A DNA stretch of 64,000 nt from Eledone cirrhosa (GCA_964016885.1 OZ024747.1:72044001-72108000), one strand, 5' to 3'; numbered from the stretch's first letter, positions 14,066 through 27,715 are shown. A program made the numbers and translations. Notes: generated by a model not told the origin, from the letters alone.

Positions 14066-14705
14066 TATCATCATTATGGTTTAATAGCCACTTTCCCTGC
14101 TAGCAAGGGTTGGATGGGTCTACATAGACCAAGTCAGTACTGAAGTTGGCAACTGACCTCCCAAACAGGCTGGGGGTGTCCGTATCTAGCATTTTACTGA
14201 GTGGACAAAGAGGTTGTCATGTCTTTGATACAACTGAAGGATCCTCCAGAGCCTTTGTTTGGTGAGCTTTCTATGGCTGGATGCCCTTCCTATCACCAAC
14301 CACTTTAGTGTGTATTGTGCATTTATCCTGTAGATCAACAACAAGGAGGCTGTCATGTTCTTGACACAACTGAAGGATCTACCCAACCCTTCAACAAGCT
14401 TTCTATGGATAGATGCCCTTCCTATTACCAACCAGTTTACTGCATATACTGGGTGTGATTATCATGTATATCAATGCTAGAGAAGTTGTGCCAAGACACA
14501 ACTGAACGGTCCTCTCAACCCTTTTTAGGCATTGCCCTTCCTATCGCTAACCACCTTACAGGGTATACCAAGCCATTCATCTACATCTAGCTTCCTAAGT
14601 GCCTACCAGCTCATAGAGTGTGGTAACCTGTCAAAGGCCTTATATATCATCATCATTGATTAACGTCTATCTTCCTCACTAGCAAGGGTTAGACGGGTTT
14701 GTCCA
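14066..14705 (-). mobile_element. RTE-tailed non-autonomous element with ~134-bp internal tandem units
   Basis: (GAT)n tail and CCCTTGCTAGCAGGG end. GGATGCCCTTCCTA blocks recur at ~14278, 14412 and 14534; relatives at ~10655-11020 and 57680-57975. Confidence 0.6.
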
Positions 14706-14907
14706 TTTAGAGGCAAGTTGGGTTGGGTGACCATGTCTTGCTCATATATTCATTTTATTAAGGCTACTATTACAGCTGAAACTCCAGAGTAACAATATTC
14801 ACAATTTAGCCTTAATAAAATGAATATTAAAACTCTACTTCGGTATTGAGTACTCCTTTCTCTCAGCCGTCAACCACATACGGATATATCAACATATATA
14901 TATATAT

Positions 14908-14956
<49 letters not shown>

Positions 14957-14961
14957 CATAT

Positions 14962-14992
<31 letters not shown>

Positions 14993-15015
14993 AATATACA
15001 TATATATATACATAT

Positions 15016-15046
<31 letters not shown>

Positions 15047-15849
15047 AATATACATACATATATATACACATATATAAATATTCATACATATATATATATA
15101 AGCAAGCACATACACACACATACAAACACATGTATAGATATGTGTATGTGTATATATATGTGCATATATATATATATATATATCATCATCATCATTTCAT
15201 TTTACGTCCACTTTTCCCTGCTTGCAAGGGTGGGACGGGAACTGATTCTGGCTTGATTTCTACAGCTGGATGCCCTTCCTAACACCAACCTCCTTTACAG
15301 TGAGTGCTGGGTGCTTCAATGGTGTGGCTCAATGAATGAATAAATTAAGTCTCACCCCTTTTGAATTCGTTACTAACGGCGATCACTTTAGAAATTTTGG
15401 ATCTAACTGAGGTAGTCTAATGCAACGATTAGACATATCCACAAAGTATGAGTGAAACTATTGATAGTCCGAACTGGAGGAATTTTTGGTAATGTTTATC
15501 TATATTTTTTTCTTCAAACTTACATTTTAGACTTAGCTCCATTTAATTGATTATTTATCTAGTTAATTTCTATGGACTAAGAGGAAAGATTAGGTAAATT
15601 TTGTTTGATTGTTCCTCACAGAGGAAAATTGATAACATTTATCTATTATTTCTTCAAAGTTACATTTTAAACTTAGCTCCGATTAAATGATTATTTATCT
15701 GGTTGATTTCTACGGACTAAGAAGAAAAATTGGATAAATTTTGTCTGACTATTCTTCAAACTTATAATTTCACACATATATATATATAATGTATATATAT
15801 ATATATAATGTATATGTATATATATATATATGTATACATATATATGTAT

Positions 15850-16237
15850 ATTGATTAATGTTCAGAGCTACCCTCAGCATTTTCATGTAGCACCCATCCA
15901 CCATCTGAGTGAGTTTCTTGGTCAGTGTCCAAGTCTCAGACCCATACAGCAGCACAGACTCCACTACAGCAATGAAGAGGCGAATTTTCAGGTCTCTACG
16001 AAGGTCCGACTTCCACACCGATCTCAAGCTGTGGCATGCCACCCAGGCCTTGCTCTTCCTCTCAATCACATCATCTTCCGTATTCCCAATCTTTGCTCCC
16101 AAATACAAGAAGTCCTCAACCAATTCCAGTGTTGGAGATGCAGGACATGGCAGCGATAATGAGGGACAGAGACCGCTGGAGAGAGCTCATCCATGGATCT
16201 CGGGAATTTTACCCGCCTTAGATAGATAGATAGATAG
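15850..16237. mobile_element. RTE-type LINE insertion with 5' inversion and (TAGA)n tail
   Basis: A minus segment (DFLYLG...LLYGSETW...MLRVALNI) is joined at ~16122 to the plus-strand C-terminus (MRDRDRWRELI...*) and tail. Confidence 0.8.
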
Positions 16238-16273
16238 ATATATGTATATAAATATGTATATGTATATATATAT

Positions 16274-16790
16274 ATCATCATCATCATCATCGTTTAACGT
16301 CCCTGTTCCACGCTTGCATGGGTTTGGACGGGGGTTTTCCCACTTGAGGCAAGAGTGGTTGTCTTGCTCGCATAGGACTGTCTGGCGGGTTTTCTACAGC
16401 TGGATGCCCTTCCTAACACCAACCACATTTACAGTGTGGGGCTGGGAGGTTTTTACCGTGTTGCCTACACGGCCACATTACAGCGTGGACTGTCTGGCGG
16501 GTTTTCTACAGCTGGATGCCCTTCCTAACACCAACCACATTTACAGTGTGGGACTGGGAGGTTTTTACCGTGTTGCCTACACGGTCACATTACAGCGTGG
16601 ACTGTGTCTTTTTTTGTCGTGACACCTACACGATCTCGTTTGTTTCGGCCTGGATGTTGTGGCACCAACATAACTTTGCATTGAAGGGGGCGGTGTGGAT
16701 GGGGTGGGACTGGGGTGTATTTTGTTAGAGATGCCTACTGACTAGTAGGTTTTACTTTGTATTTAGGTTACTGAGTACCGCTATATGTAT
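16274..16790 (-). mobile_element. RTE family B 3' UTR with an internal 112-bp tandem duplication
   Basis: Same UTR as the other B copies. The block starting ggactgtctggcggg occurs at ~16376 and again at ~16487. Confidence 0.85.
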
Positions 16791-16865
16791 ACATATATAT
16801 GCATATAAATATGTTTATGTATATAAATATATATACATATATATGTATATATATATGTATATATA

Positions 16866-17258
16866 GATATGTACAAATATATATGCAACGGCTGGAGAGA
16901 AATGAAGCAAGCATGCTCTGTTGGATGTGCAATGTTAATGTGCCCAAGCATAGACGAGTTGAGAGAGAAATTGTGTATAAGAGGGATAAGCTGTAGTGTG
17001 CGGGAGAGAAGACTGCATTGTTATGGGCATGTGATGCGCATGGAGGATGACCGCTGTGTAAAGAAGTGCCAAGAAATCCCAGTAGAAGGAAGACCACGAA
17101 AAACATGGGCGGAGGTGGTGAGAGCTGACCTCAGATCGCTGAAGCTCACGGAGGAGATGACAAAGGACCGTGACAAATGGAGAGATGCTCTGCTGAATAG
17201 GACCCATCCCACCCTTGCGAGCAGTGAAAAGCAGATGTAAAATGATGATGATGATGAT
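16866..17258 (+). mobile_element. RTE family A 3' fragment
   Basis: RLERNEASML, RRLHCYGHVMRM, GRPRKTW and a (GAT)n tail, lying between (TA)n tracts. Confidence 0.88.
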
Positions 17259-17485
17259 ATGTGTATATATATATATACACGGCTGTTTCTGGGTCCAGAA
17301 ACAGCTGTCGAAACGGCTTGAGCTCTGCCATCAATGTCAAACATTTTCCTATTACACACTCTACTACCCTAAGTATTGAGTACTCTGGTACGTTATGGTC
17401 CATCTGGTTCCTTACCACACCTCCTTCGTTATATAATATATATATATATATATATGTATATGTAGATATGTATATATATATATAT

Positions 17486-19503
17486 ATCATCATCATCATC
17501 ATCATCATCATCGTTTAACGTCCGTGTTCCACGCTTGCATGGGTTTGGACGGGAGTTTTCCCACTTGAGGCAAGAGTGGTTGTCTTGCTCGTATAGGACT
17601 GTCTGGCGGGTTTTCTACAGCTGGATGCCCTTCCTAACACCAACCACATTTACAGTGTGGGGCTGGGAGGTTTTTACCGTGTTGCCTACACGGCCACATT
17701 ACAGCGTGAACTGTGTTATTTTGTCGTGACACCTAGACGATCTCATTTGTTTCGGCCTGGATGTTGTGGCACCAACATAACTTTACATTGAAAGGGGCGG
17801 TGTGGATGGGGTGGGGGTGGTGGGACGGGGGTGTATTTTGTTAGAGATGCCTACTGACTGTAGTAGGTTTTACTTTGTATTTAGGTAAGGTGGGTCTTCT
17901 CTATTACTGAGTACTGCCAAAGGTCTCGGTCCAGTGACATTGTCTTGGAGAGGTGTAAGTGTGTGAGGTCAGAATTTATCAGCTCGTCCCAGGTTTTTCT
18001 GGGTTTGCCTACTCCGTAGCTACCGTCTATCTTTATTGCCCTGCACTTTGTTATACAGCTGTCGTCTTTCATGCGACCATACCAACGTAGCCTTCTCTCG
18101 AGTAAACATCTGATCCCTCTTATTTCTAATTTTTTCCTTAGTTCGCTTATGCTTTGCCGTTCACGTATATTACTATTACACATCCAGCGGAGCATGCAAG
18201 CTTCGTTCCTCTCTAGTCTGCGTATATCCTCTGCACACAATGCCCAGGTCTCACTGCCATGCAACATTGCTGTTTGTATGCAGACATCATACAACCTGCC
18301 TTTCATTTTTAGGGAGAACCCTTTAGCGGCTAATAGTGGTATAAGCTCTCTGAACTTTTTCCATCCAGTTCTGACTCTAGCTACTGTACTTTCAGAGCAC
18401 CCTCCCCCACTGCTGATTTTGTCACCCAGGTAACGGAAGCTGTCCACTATTTCTATAGAACCCTCTGCGCAATTGAAAGAGCTAGTATTTTGTGGGCACT
18501 TGCTGCTACTTATTGCACCAGAGCACCGGCCACATGTAAAATCTATGTTCTTAGTTAGCTTACCTGTGATCCCACTACATCTTTTATGCACCCATAATTT
18601 GCATTTGGGACATAAAATGGAGTTTCTACCTACGCCTTTCCTACACACTGAGCATGGCCATTTCCCGGAAGGGACCGTCGCCTTATTTTCTTTCCTACAA
18701 ACTAGAACTTTAGTCTTAGCCAGGTTAATTTTAAGGCCTTTTGATTCTAGGCCGTGCTTCCATGTTTGGAATTTCTTCTCTAGCTCGGCCATTGATTCAG
18801 CTATGAGCGTTAGATCATCTGCGTATAGGAGTTCCTATGGGCAGCCGGTCTTGAACTCCACTGTTATAGCCTGAAGGGCAATAATAAATAGTAGGGGGCT
18901 AAGAACAGAGCCCTGATGAACACAACTTTTACACTAAACTCTTCACTATATTCGTTAATTCTAACTTGCTGACTGTTTCTTTATACATGGCTTGTATAGC
19001 TCTCACAAGCCATTCGTCAACACCTAGTTTTCTAAGAGCCCACCAGATAATGGAACGGGGGACTCTGTCGAAGGCTTTCTCCAAGTCAACAAAAGCTAAG
19101 TATAGGGGTTTACTTTTAGCTAGGTACTTCTCCTGTAGTTGTCGTACAATGAAAAGAGCGTCTGTGGTACTTTTTCCTGACACAAACCCGAATTGCATTT
19201 CATCTAGATCAATTCGCTCTCTGATTAGTTGCGCTATTACTTTTTCCGTGACCTTCATGACCTGGTCGATTAATTTAATGCCTCTATAGTTACTCCTATC
19301 TAGGGCATCTCCTTTACCCTTGTAACAGTTAATGATGATGCTGCTACGCCAGTCCTTCGGAACAACCCCATTCTGTATGACTTGGTTTACTATCCGGGTA
19401 CCATGGTGTGTCCCACCGTTCCAGAGGCTTTCAGCATCTCAGCAACTATTTCCGAAGGCCCAGCCGCCTTACCCGTCTTCATATCTTTGATTGCCTTACT
19501 TAT
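17486..19503 (-). mobile_element. RTE LINE family B, 2-kb 5'-truncated copy
   Basis: QFGFVSGKST, DLEKAFDRV, YADD, PHD-like finger, GSETW, long 3' UTR and (GAT)n tail; both ends abut (TA)n. Confidence 0.92.
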
Positions 19504-19814
19504 TATACTATATATATATATATAAATACATATATATCATCCCACCCTTGCAAGCAGGGAAAAGCTGATGTAAAATCATGATGATATATGTAGATATGTA
19601 GATGTATATAGAGGAAAAGAGTCAGAACCCCGACGACAGCTCTGGCCCTTTCGACAGCTAGATCCGAAATAGTATATATTTAACGAGGGACCGTGACGAG
19701 TGGAGAGATGCTGTGCTGAATAAGACCCGTCCCACCCTTGCAAGCAGGGAAAAGCGGACGTAAAATGATGATGATGATGATGATATATATATATGTGTAT
19801 ATACATACATATAA

Positions 19815-19855
<41 letters not shown>

Positions 19856-20004
19856 TATATACGGTCACAACTCCAGGTAGAAGGAGCAACGTGAAATAAA
19901 GTGTCTTGCTCAAGGACATAACGCATCGCCCGGTCCAGGAATCAAACTCACAACCTCAACATTGTGAATCCAATTCTCTAACCACTCAGCCACACACCTT
20001 CCCA

Positions 20005-20044
<40 letters not shown>

Positions 20045-22831
20045 TATATACATATATATATATATACATATACGTATACATATACATATATATATATATA
20101 CATACATATACATATATGTATACATATACATATATGTATATATACATACATATACATATATGTATACATATACATATATGTATACATATATGTATATGTA
20201 TACATATACATATATGTATACATATACACACATATATATACACATATGTATACATATACACACATATATATACACATATATATATACACATATATATATA
20301 CACACATATATATATACACATATATATATACACACATATATATACACAGATATATATATACACATATATATATACACACATATATATATATACACATATA
20401 TATATACACATATATATATACACACATATATATACACATATATATAAACACATATATATATAAACACATATATACATACATATATATATACACACATATA
20501 TATATACACATATATATATACACATCATCATCATCGTTTAACGTCCATCTTCCACGCTTGCATGGGTTTGGACGGGAGTTTTCCCACTTGAGGCAAGAGT
20601 GGTTGTCTTGCCCACATAGGACTGTCTGGCGGGTTTTCTACAGCTGGATGCCCTTCCTAACACCAACCACATTTACAGTGTGGGACTGGGAGGTTTTTAC
20701 CGAGTTACCTACACAGCCACATTACAGCGTGGACTGTGTTTTTTTGTCGTGACACCTACACGACCTCATTTGTTTCGGACTGGATGTTGTGGTACCAACA
20801 TAACTTTACATTGAAAGGGGCGGTGTGGATGGGGGGTGTATTTTGTTAGAGGTGCCTACTGACTGTAGTAGGTTTCACTCTGTACTTAGGTAAGGTGGGT
20901 CTTCTGTATTACTGTGTAGCGCCAAAGATCTCGGTCCAGTGACATTGTCTTGGAGAGGTGTAAGTGTGTGAGGTCGGAATTTATCAAGTCGTCCCAGGTT
21001 TTTCTGGGTCTGCCTACTCCGTGGCTACCGTCTATTTTTATTGCCCTGCACTTTTTTATACAGCTGTCATCTTTCATGCGCATCACGTGACCATACCAAC
21101 GTAGTCTTCTCTCGAGTAAACAACATCTGATCCCTCTTATTTCTAATTTTTCCCTTAGTTCGTTTATGCTTTGCTGTTCACGTATATTACTATTACACAT
21201 CCAGCGGAGCATAGAAGCTTCGTTCCTCTCCAGTCTGTGTATATCCTTTGCACACAATGCGCAGGTTTCACTGCCATGTAACATTGCTGTTCGTATGCAG
21301 GCATCATACAGCCTGCCTTTCATTTTTAGAGAGAACCCTTTAGCGGCTAATAGTGGTATAAGCTCTCTGAAATTTTTCCATCCAGTTCTGACTCTAGCTA
21401 CTGTACTTTCAGAGCACCCTCCCCCACTGCTGATTTTGTCACCCAGGTAACGGAAGCTGTCCACTATTTCTATAGAACCCTCTGCGCAATTGAAAGAGCT
21501 AGTATTTTGTGGGCACTTGCTGCTACTTATTGCACCAGAACACCGGCCACATGTAAAGTCTATGTTCTTAGTTAGCTTACCTGTGATCCCACTACATCTT
21601 TTATGCACCCATAATTTGCATTTGGGACATAAAATGGAGTTTCTACCTACGCCTTTCCTACACACTGAGCATGGCCATTTCCCGGAAGGGACCGTCGCCT
21701 TATTTTCTTTCCTACAAACTAGAACTTTAGTCTTAGCCAGGTTAATTTTAAGGCCTTTTGATTCTAGGCCGTGCTTCCATGTTTGGAATTTCTTCTCTAG
21801 CTCGGCCATTGATTCAGCTATGAGCGTTAGATCATCTGCGTATAGGAGTTCCTATGGGCAGCCGGTCTTGAACTCCACTGTTATAGCCTGAAGGGCAATA
21901 ATAAATAGTAGGGGGCTAAGAACAGAGCCCTGATGAACACAACTTTTACACTAAACTCTTCACTATATTCGTTAATTCTAACTTGCTGACTGTTTCTTTA
22001 TACATGGCTTGTATAGCTCTCACAAGCCATTCGTCAACACCTAGTTTTCTAAGAGCCCACCAGATAATGGAACGGGGGACTCTGTCGAAGGCTTTCTCCA
22101 AGTCAACAAAAGCTAAGTATAGGGGTTTACTTTTAGCTAGGTACTTCTCCTGTAGTTGTCGTACAATGAAAAGAGCGTCTGTGGTACTTTTTCCTGACAC
22201 AAACCCGAATTGCATTTCATCTAGATCAATTCGCTCTCTGATTAGTTGCGCTATTACTTTTTCCGTGACCTTCATGACCTGGTCGATTAATTTAATGCCT
22301 CTATAGTTACTCCTATCTAGGGCATCTCCTTTACCCTTGTAACAGTTAATGATGATGCTGCTACGCCAGTCCTTCGGAACAACCCCATTCTGTATGACTT
22401 GGTTTACTATCCGGGTACCATGGTGTGTCCCACCGTTCCAGAGGCTTTCAGCATCTCAGCAACTATTTCCGAAGGCCCAGCCGCCTTACCCGTCTTCATA
22501 TCTTTGATTGCCTTACTTATTATACTATATATATATATATAAATACATATATATCATCCCACCCTTGCAAGCAGGGAAAAGCTGATGTAAAATCATGATG
22601 ATATATGTAGATATGTAGATGTATATAGAGGAAAAGAGTCAGAACCCCGACGACAGCTCTGGCCCTTTCGACAGCTAGATCCGAAATAGTATATATTTAA
22701 CGAGGGACCGTGACGAGTGGAGAGATGCTGTGCTGAATAAGACCCGTCCCACCCTTGCAAGCAGGGAAAAGCGGACGTAAAATGATGATGATGATGATGA
22801 TATATATATATGTGTATATACATACATATAA

Positions 22832-22870
<39 letters not shown>

Positions 22871-23016
22871 TATATACGGTCACAACTCCAGGTAGAAGGA
22901 GCAACGTGAAATAAAGTGTCTTGCTCAAGGACATAACGCATCGCCCGGTCCAGGAATCAAACTCACCTCAACATTGTGAATCCAATTCTCTAACCACTCA
23001 GCCACACACCTTCCCA

Positions 23017-23056
<40 letters not shown>

Positions 23057-24400
23057 TATATATACATATATATATATATACATATACGTATACATATACA
23101 TATATATATATATACATACATATACATATATGTATACATATACATATATGTATATATACATACATATACATATATGTATACATATACATATATGTATACA
23201 TATATGTATATGTATACATATACATATATGTATACATATACACACATATATATACACATATGTATACATATACACACATATATATACACATATATATATA
23301 CACATATATATATACACACATATATATATACACATATATATACACACATATATATACACACATATATATACACAGATATATATATACACATATATATATA
23401 CACACATATATATATATATACACATATATATATACACATATATATATACACACATATATATACACATATATATAAACACATATATATATAAACACATATA
23501 TACATACATATATATATACACACATATATATATACACATATATATATACACATCATCATCATCGTTTAACGTCCATCTTCCACGCTTGCATGGGTTTGGA
23601 CGGGAGTTTTCCCACTTGAGGCAAGAGTGGTTGTCTTGCCCACATAGGACTGTCTGGCGGGTTTTCTACAGCTGGATGCCCTTCCTAACACCAACCACAT
23701 TTACAGTGTGGGACTGGGAGGTTTTTACCGAGTTACCTACACAGCCACATTACAGCGTGGACTGTGTTTTTTTGTCGTGACACCTACACGACCTCATTTG
23801 TTTCGGACTGGATGTTGTGGTACCAACATAACTTTACATTGAAAGGGGCGGTGTGGATGGGGGGTGTATTTTGTTAGAGGTGCCTACTGACTGTAGTAGG
23901 TTTCACTCTGTACTTAGGTAAGGTGGGTCTTCTGTATTACTGTGTAGCGCCAAAGATCTCGGTCCAGTGACATTGTCTTGGAGAGGTGTAAGTGTGTGAG
24001 GTCGGAATTTATCAAGTCGTCCCAGGTTTTTCTGGGTCTGCCTACTCCGTGGCTACCGTCTATTTTTATTGCCCTGCACTTTTTTATACAGCTGTCATCT
24101 TTCATGCGCATCACGTGACCATACCAACGTAGTCTTCTCTCGAGTAAACAACATCTGATCCCTCTTATTTCTAATTTTTCCCTTAGTTCGTTTATGCTTT
24201 GCTGTTCACGTATATTACTATTACACATCCAGCGGAGCATAGAAGCTTCGTTCCTCTCCAGTCTGTGTATATCCTTTGCACACAATGCGCAGGTTTCACT
24301 GCCATGTAACATTGCTGTTCGTATGCAGGCATCATACAGCCTGCCTTTCATTTTTAGAGAGAACCCTTTAGCGGCTAATAGTGGTATAAGCTCTCTGAAA
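18393..24400. repeat. ~3.0-kb direct tandem duplication (offset 3017-3028 bp)
   Basis: The same order of RTE, SINE, (TA)n and RTE junctions appears twice, with very few differences. Confidence 0.95.
20523..22520 (-). mobile_element. RTE LINE family B, chimeric duplicated copy
   Basis: The left part matches the copy at 23551-24557 and the right part matches the copy at 17486-19503. Confidence 0.92.
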
Positions 24401-24557
24401 TTTTTCCATCCAGTTCTGACTCTAGCTACTGTACTTTCGGAGCACCCTCCACCACTGCTGATTTTGTCACCCAAGTAACGGAAGCTGTTCACTATTTCTA
24501 TAGAACCATCTGTGCAATGGAATGAGCTAGTATTCTGTGGGCACTTGCTGCTACTTA
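23551..24557 (-). mobile_element. RTE LINE family B, 1-kb copy
   Basis: FRYLG, GSETC and RLRWYGHV motifs, 3' UTR and (GAT)n tail. Confidence 0.9.
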
Positions 24558-24574
24558 AACACATATATACATAC

Positions 24575-25157
24575 ATCATCATCATCATCATCATCAACGT
24601 TTAACGTCCGTGTTCCACGCTTGCATGGGTTTGGACGGGGGTAGTCCCACTTGAGGCAAGAGTGATTGTCTTGCTCGCATAGGACTGTCTGGCAGGTTTT
24701 CTACAGTTGGATGCCCTTCCTAACACCAACCACATTTACAGTGTGGGTCTGGGAGGTTTTTACCGTGTTGCCTACACGGCCACATTACAGCGTGGACTGT
24801 GTGTTTTTTTGTCGTGACACCTACACGATCTCATTTGTTTCGGCCCGGATGGCGCGGCACCAACATAACTTTACATAGGACGGGGTGGTGTGGATGGGGT
24901 GGGGGTGGTGGTGGTGGGACGGGGTGTATTTTGTTAGAGATGCCTACTGGCAAGGCGGGTCTTCTCTGTTACTGAGTACCGCCAAAGGTCTCGGTCCAGT
25001 GACATTGTCTTGGAGAGGTGTAAGTGTGTGAGGTCGGAGTTTATCAGCTCGTCCCAGGTTTTTCTAGGTCTGCCTATTCCGTGGCTACCGTCTATCTTTA
25101 TTGCCCTGCACTTTGTTATACAGCTATCGACTTTCATGCGCATCACGTGTCCATACC
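24575..25157 (-). mobile_element. RTE family B 3' fragment
   Basis: GRPRKTW...DRDLWR plus 3' UTR and (GAT)n tail; shares diagnostic variants with 50530-51099. Confidence 0.88.
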
Positions 25158-25273
25158 AAATATATATATATATACATATCTTATATTATGTATACTCCAG
25201 TCCTACAAACTGTAGAGTGCTTCTTATCCGATATCTGCATTGCTTTATTGTACTACAATAAAACTCACCTCCT

Positions 25274-25275
25274 AC

Positions 25276-25318
<43 letters not shown>

Positions 25319-25531
25319 TATATATATGTGTACATACATACATATATACATATATATATACATACATACATATATACATATACATACATATATATATACA
25401 TATCTATATATACATACATATATATATATACACAAATATATATATACACACATATATATATACACACATATATATATAAACATATATATATATATAGATA
25501 GATATACACACACATATATATATATAGATAT

Positions 25532-25572
<41 letters not shown>

Positions 25573-26091
25573 TATACACACACATATATATATATACATA
25601 TATATAGATATACACACACATATATATATATATATAGATATACACACACATATATATATATACATATATATATAGATATACACACACATATATATATATA
25701 TACATATATATATAGAGATACACACACATATATATATATACATATAGAGATACACACACATATACATATACATATATATATATATATACATATATACACA
25801 TAAATATATATATATATATTTATATATACATATATACACAAATATATATATATATTTATATATACATATATACACATAAATATATATATATATTTATATA
25901 TACATATATACACATAAATATATATATATATTTATATATACATATATACACATAAATATATATATATTTATATATACATATATACACATAAATATATATA
26001 TATTTATATATACATATATACACATAAATATATATATATTTATATATACATATACATATATATACTTATACACATAAATATGATGTATGTG

Positions 26092-26131
<40 letters not shown>

Positions 26132-26232
26132 CATATATATATACATACATATATATATATATATATACATATATATACACATACATATATATATATATAC
26201 ATACATATATATACACACATATATATATATAC

Positions 26233-26307
<75 letters not shown>

Positions 26308-26486
26308 CATAAATATATATACATACATATATATACATATACATACCTATATACATACATACATACATATACTTATACATACATACATATATATATATAC
26401 ACAAACATACATATACATACATATATATATAGATATATATATGTATACATACAAACAAACATTCATACATACATGTATATGTACAT
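25274..26486. repeat. Compound (TA/CA)n microsatellite; similar tracts at 14893-15183, 20007-20523, 23018-23551, 27540-27875 and 51098-51535
   Basis: Directly visible; these tracts generate the YI/HT-rich spurious ORFs. Confidence 0.98.
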
Positions 26487-26489
26487 ATC

Positions 26490-27195
26490 GTTTTGTGAGT
26501 GAAAATTATGAAGGGGCTGATCCACGTTGTCTGCAGGCCACACATAGCCAATGCCGGACAGGCAGGCATGGCCGCAGTGGCCCCAGCTGATGATCTGGTT
26601 AGGGTTTGATGACTTGATGCTGTGGTTCTTTCTCCTGTGCGTTTTGTCATTGAGGGTGGCTCTGCGGGAGTTTACAAAAGAGACAGCATGATGTTGAGAC
26701 ACCTGGCATTACAGCTCTCAGCTAGGATGGACCACTGACAATGGTCAATGAGACAGACACCAAGGGATTTTTTCAAACAGTCCTTGTATCGCTTCTTTGG
26801 TACTCATCCATCACAATGACCAGTGGAGAGTTCACCGTGCAGTATGATCTAGGGCAGGCAATGATCCTTCATCCTGGAGAGGTGCCCTGCCCAGCGAAGT
26901 TGGTGCGGAGGCAGCACTGGTGGAAGTGCTCGAGGAGTCGAAGGTGGTGGCGATAAGTGACCCAGGACTCTGAGCCATATAGGAGGGTGGTAAGGACTGG
27001 TTTGATGAAAACAAGGAAATTCAAAAATTACTGGTGTAGAAGAGATCCACCCAGCAAGCTCACTTAGTACAGCCATCTCGTCCTGTGAAGAAAGTTGCAT
27101 TATGCTTCGTATGCAGTAACCTCCAGCGTAAGCTTTGAGAGATCCAGAACAAGTGGTGAACCAACCCTACCGAGAGAACTCAGTTGTGTGGGATG
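26490..27195. mobile_element. BovB-like RTE remnant with an inverted upstream segment
   Basis: Minus strand QLRWAGHLSRMKDHCLP through to the C-terminus; plus strand at 26985-27195 carries the DWFDEN.EIQKLL...LQRKL.EIQNKW linker region. Confidence 0.75.
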
Positions 27196-27284
27196 TGGAA
27201 AATAAAACCCTGCCGTAAAGATACATATATTTCTGTGTGTTTATGTACATACACGTGTGTATATATACGCACACACCCACACAC

Positions 27285-27315
<31 letters not shown>

Positions 27316-27555
27316 TATATATATACACACATACATATATACACACACACATATATATATATATAGATACATAAACACACAGAAATATATGTATCTTTAC
27401 GGCAGGGTTTTATTTTCCACATCCCTTGCACCACTCACAAAGTATTGGTGAACTAGAAGCTATATAGAGGAACTGAACCCTAAATGATGTGGTTTCGAAC
27501 CGAAGTCCCTAATCGAAGTCATGACTGCGCCTATATTATATATATGTATCTCTCA

Positions 27556-27588
<33 letters not shown>

Positions 27589-27630
27589 CACACACACATA
27601 TATATTTACATATTCATATATATGCTTGTT

Positions 27631-27675
<45 letters not shown>

Positions 27676-27715
27676 ATACAAACAAGCATATATATATGTG
27701 TGTATAAAAACAAGC

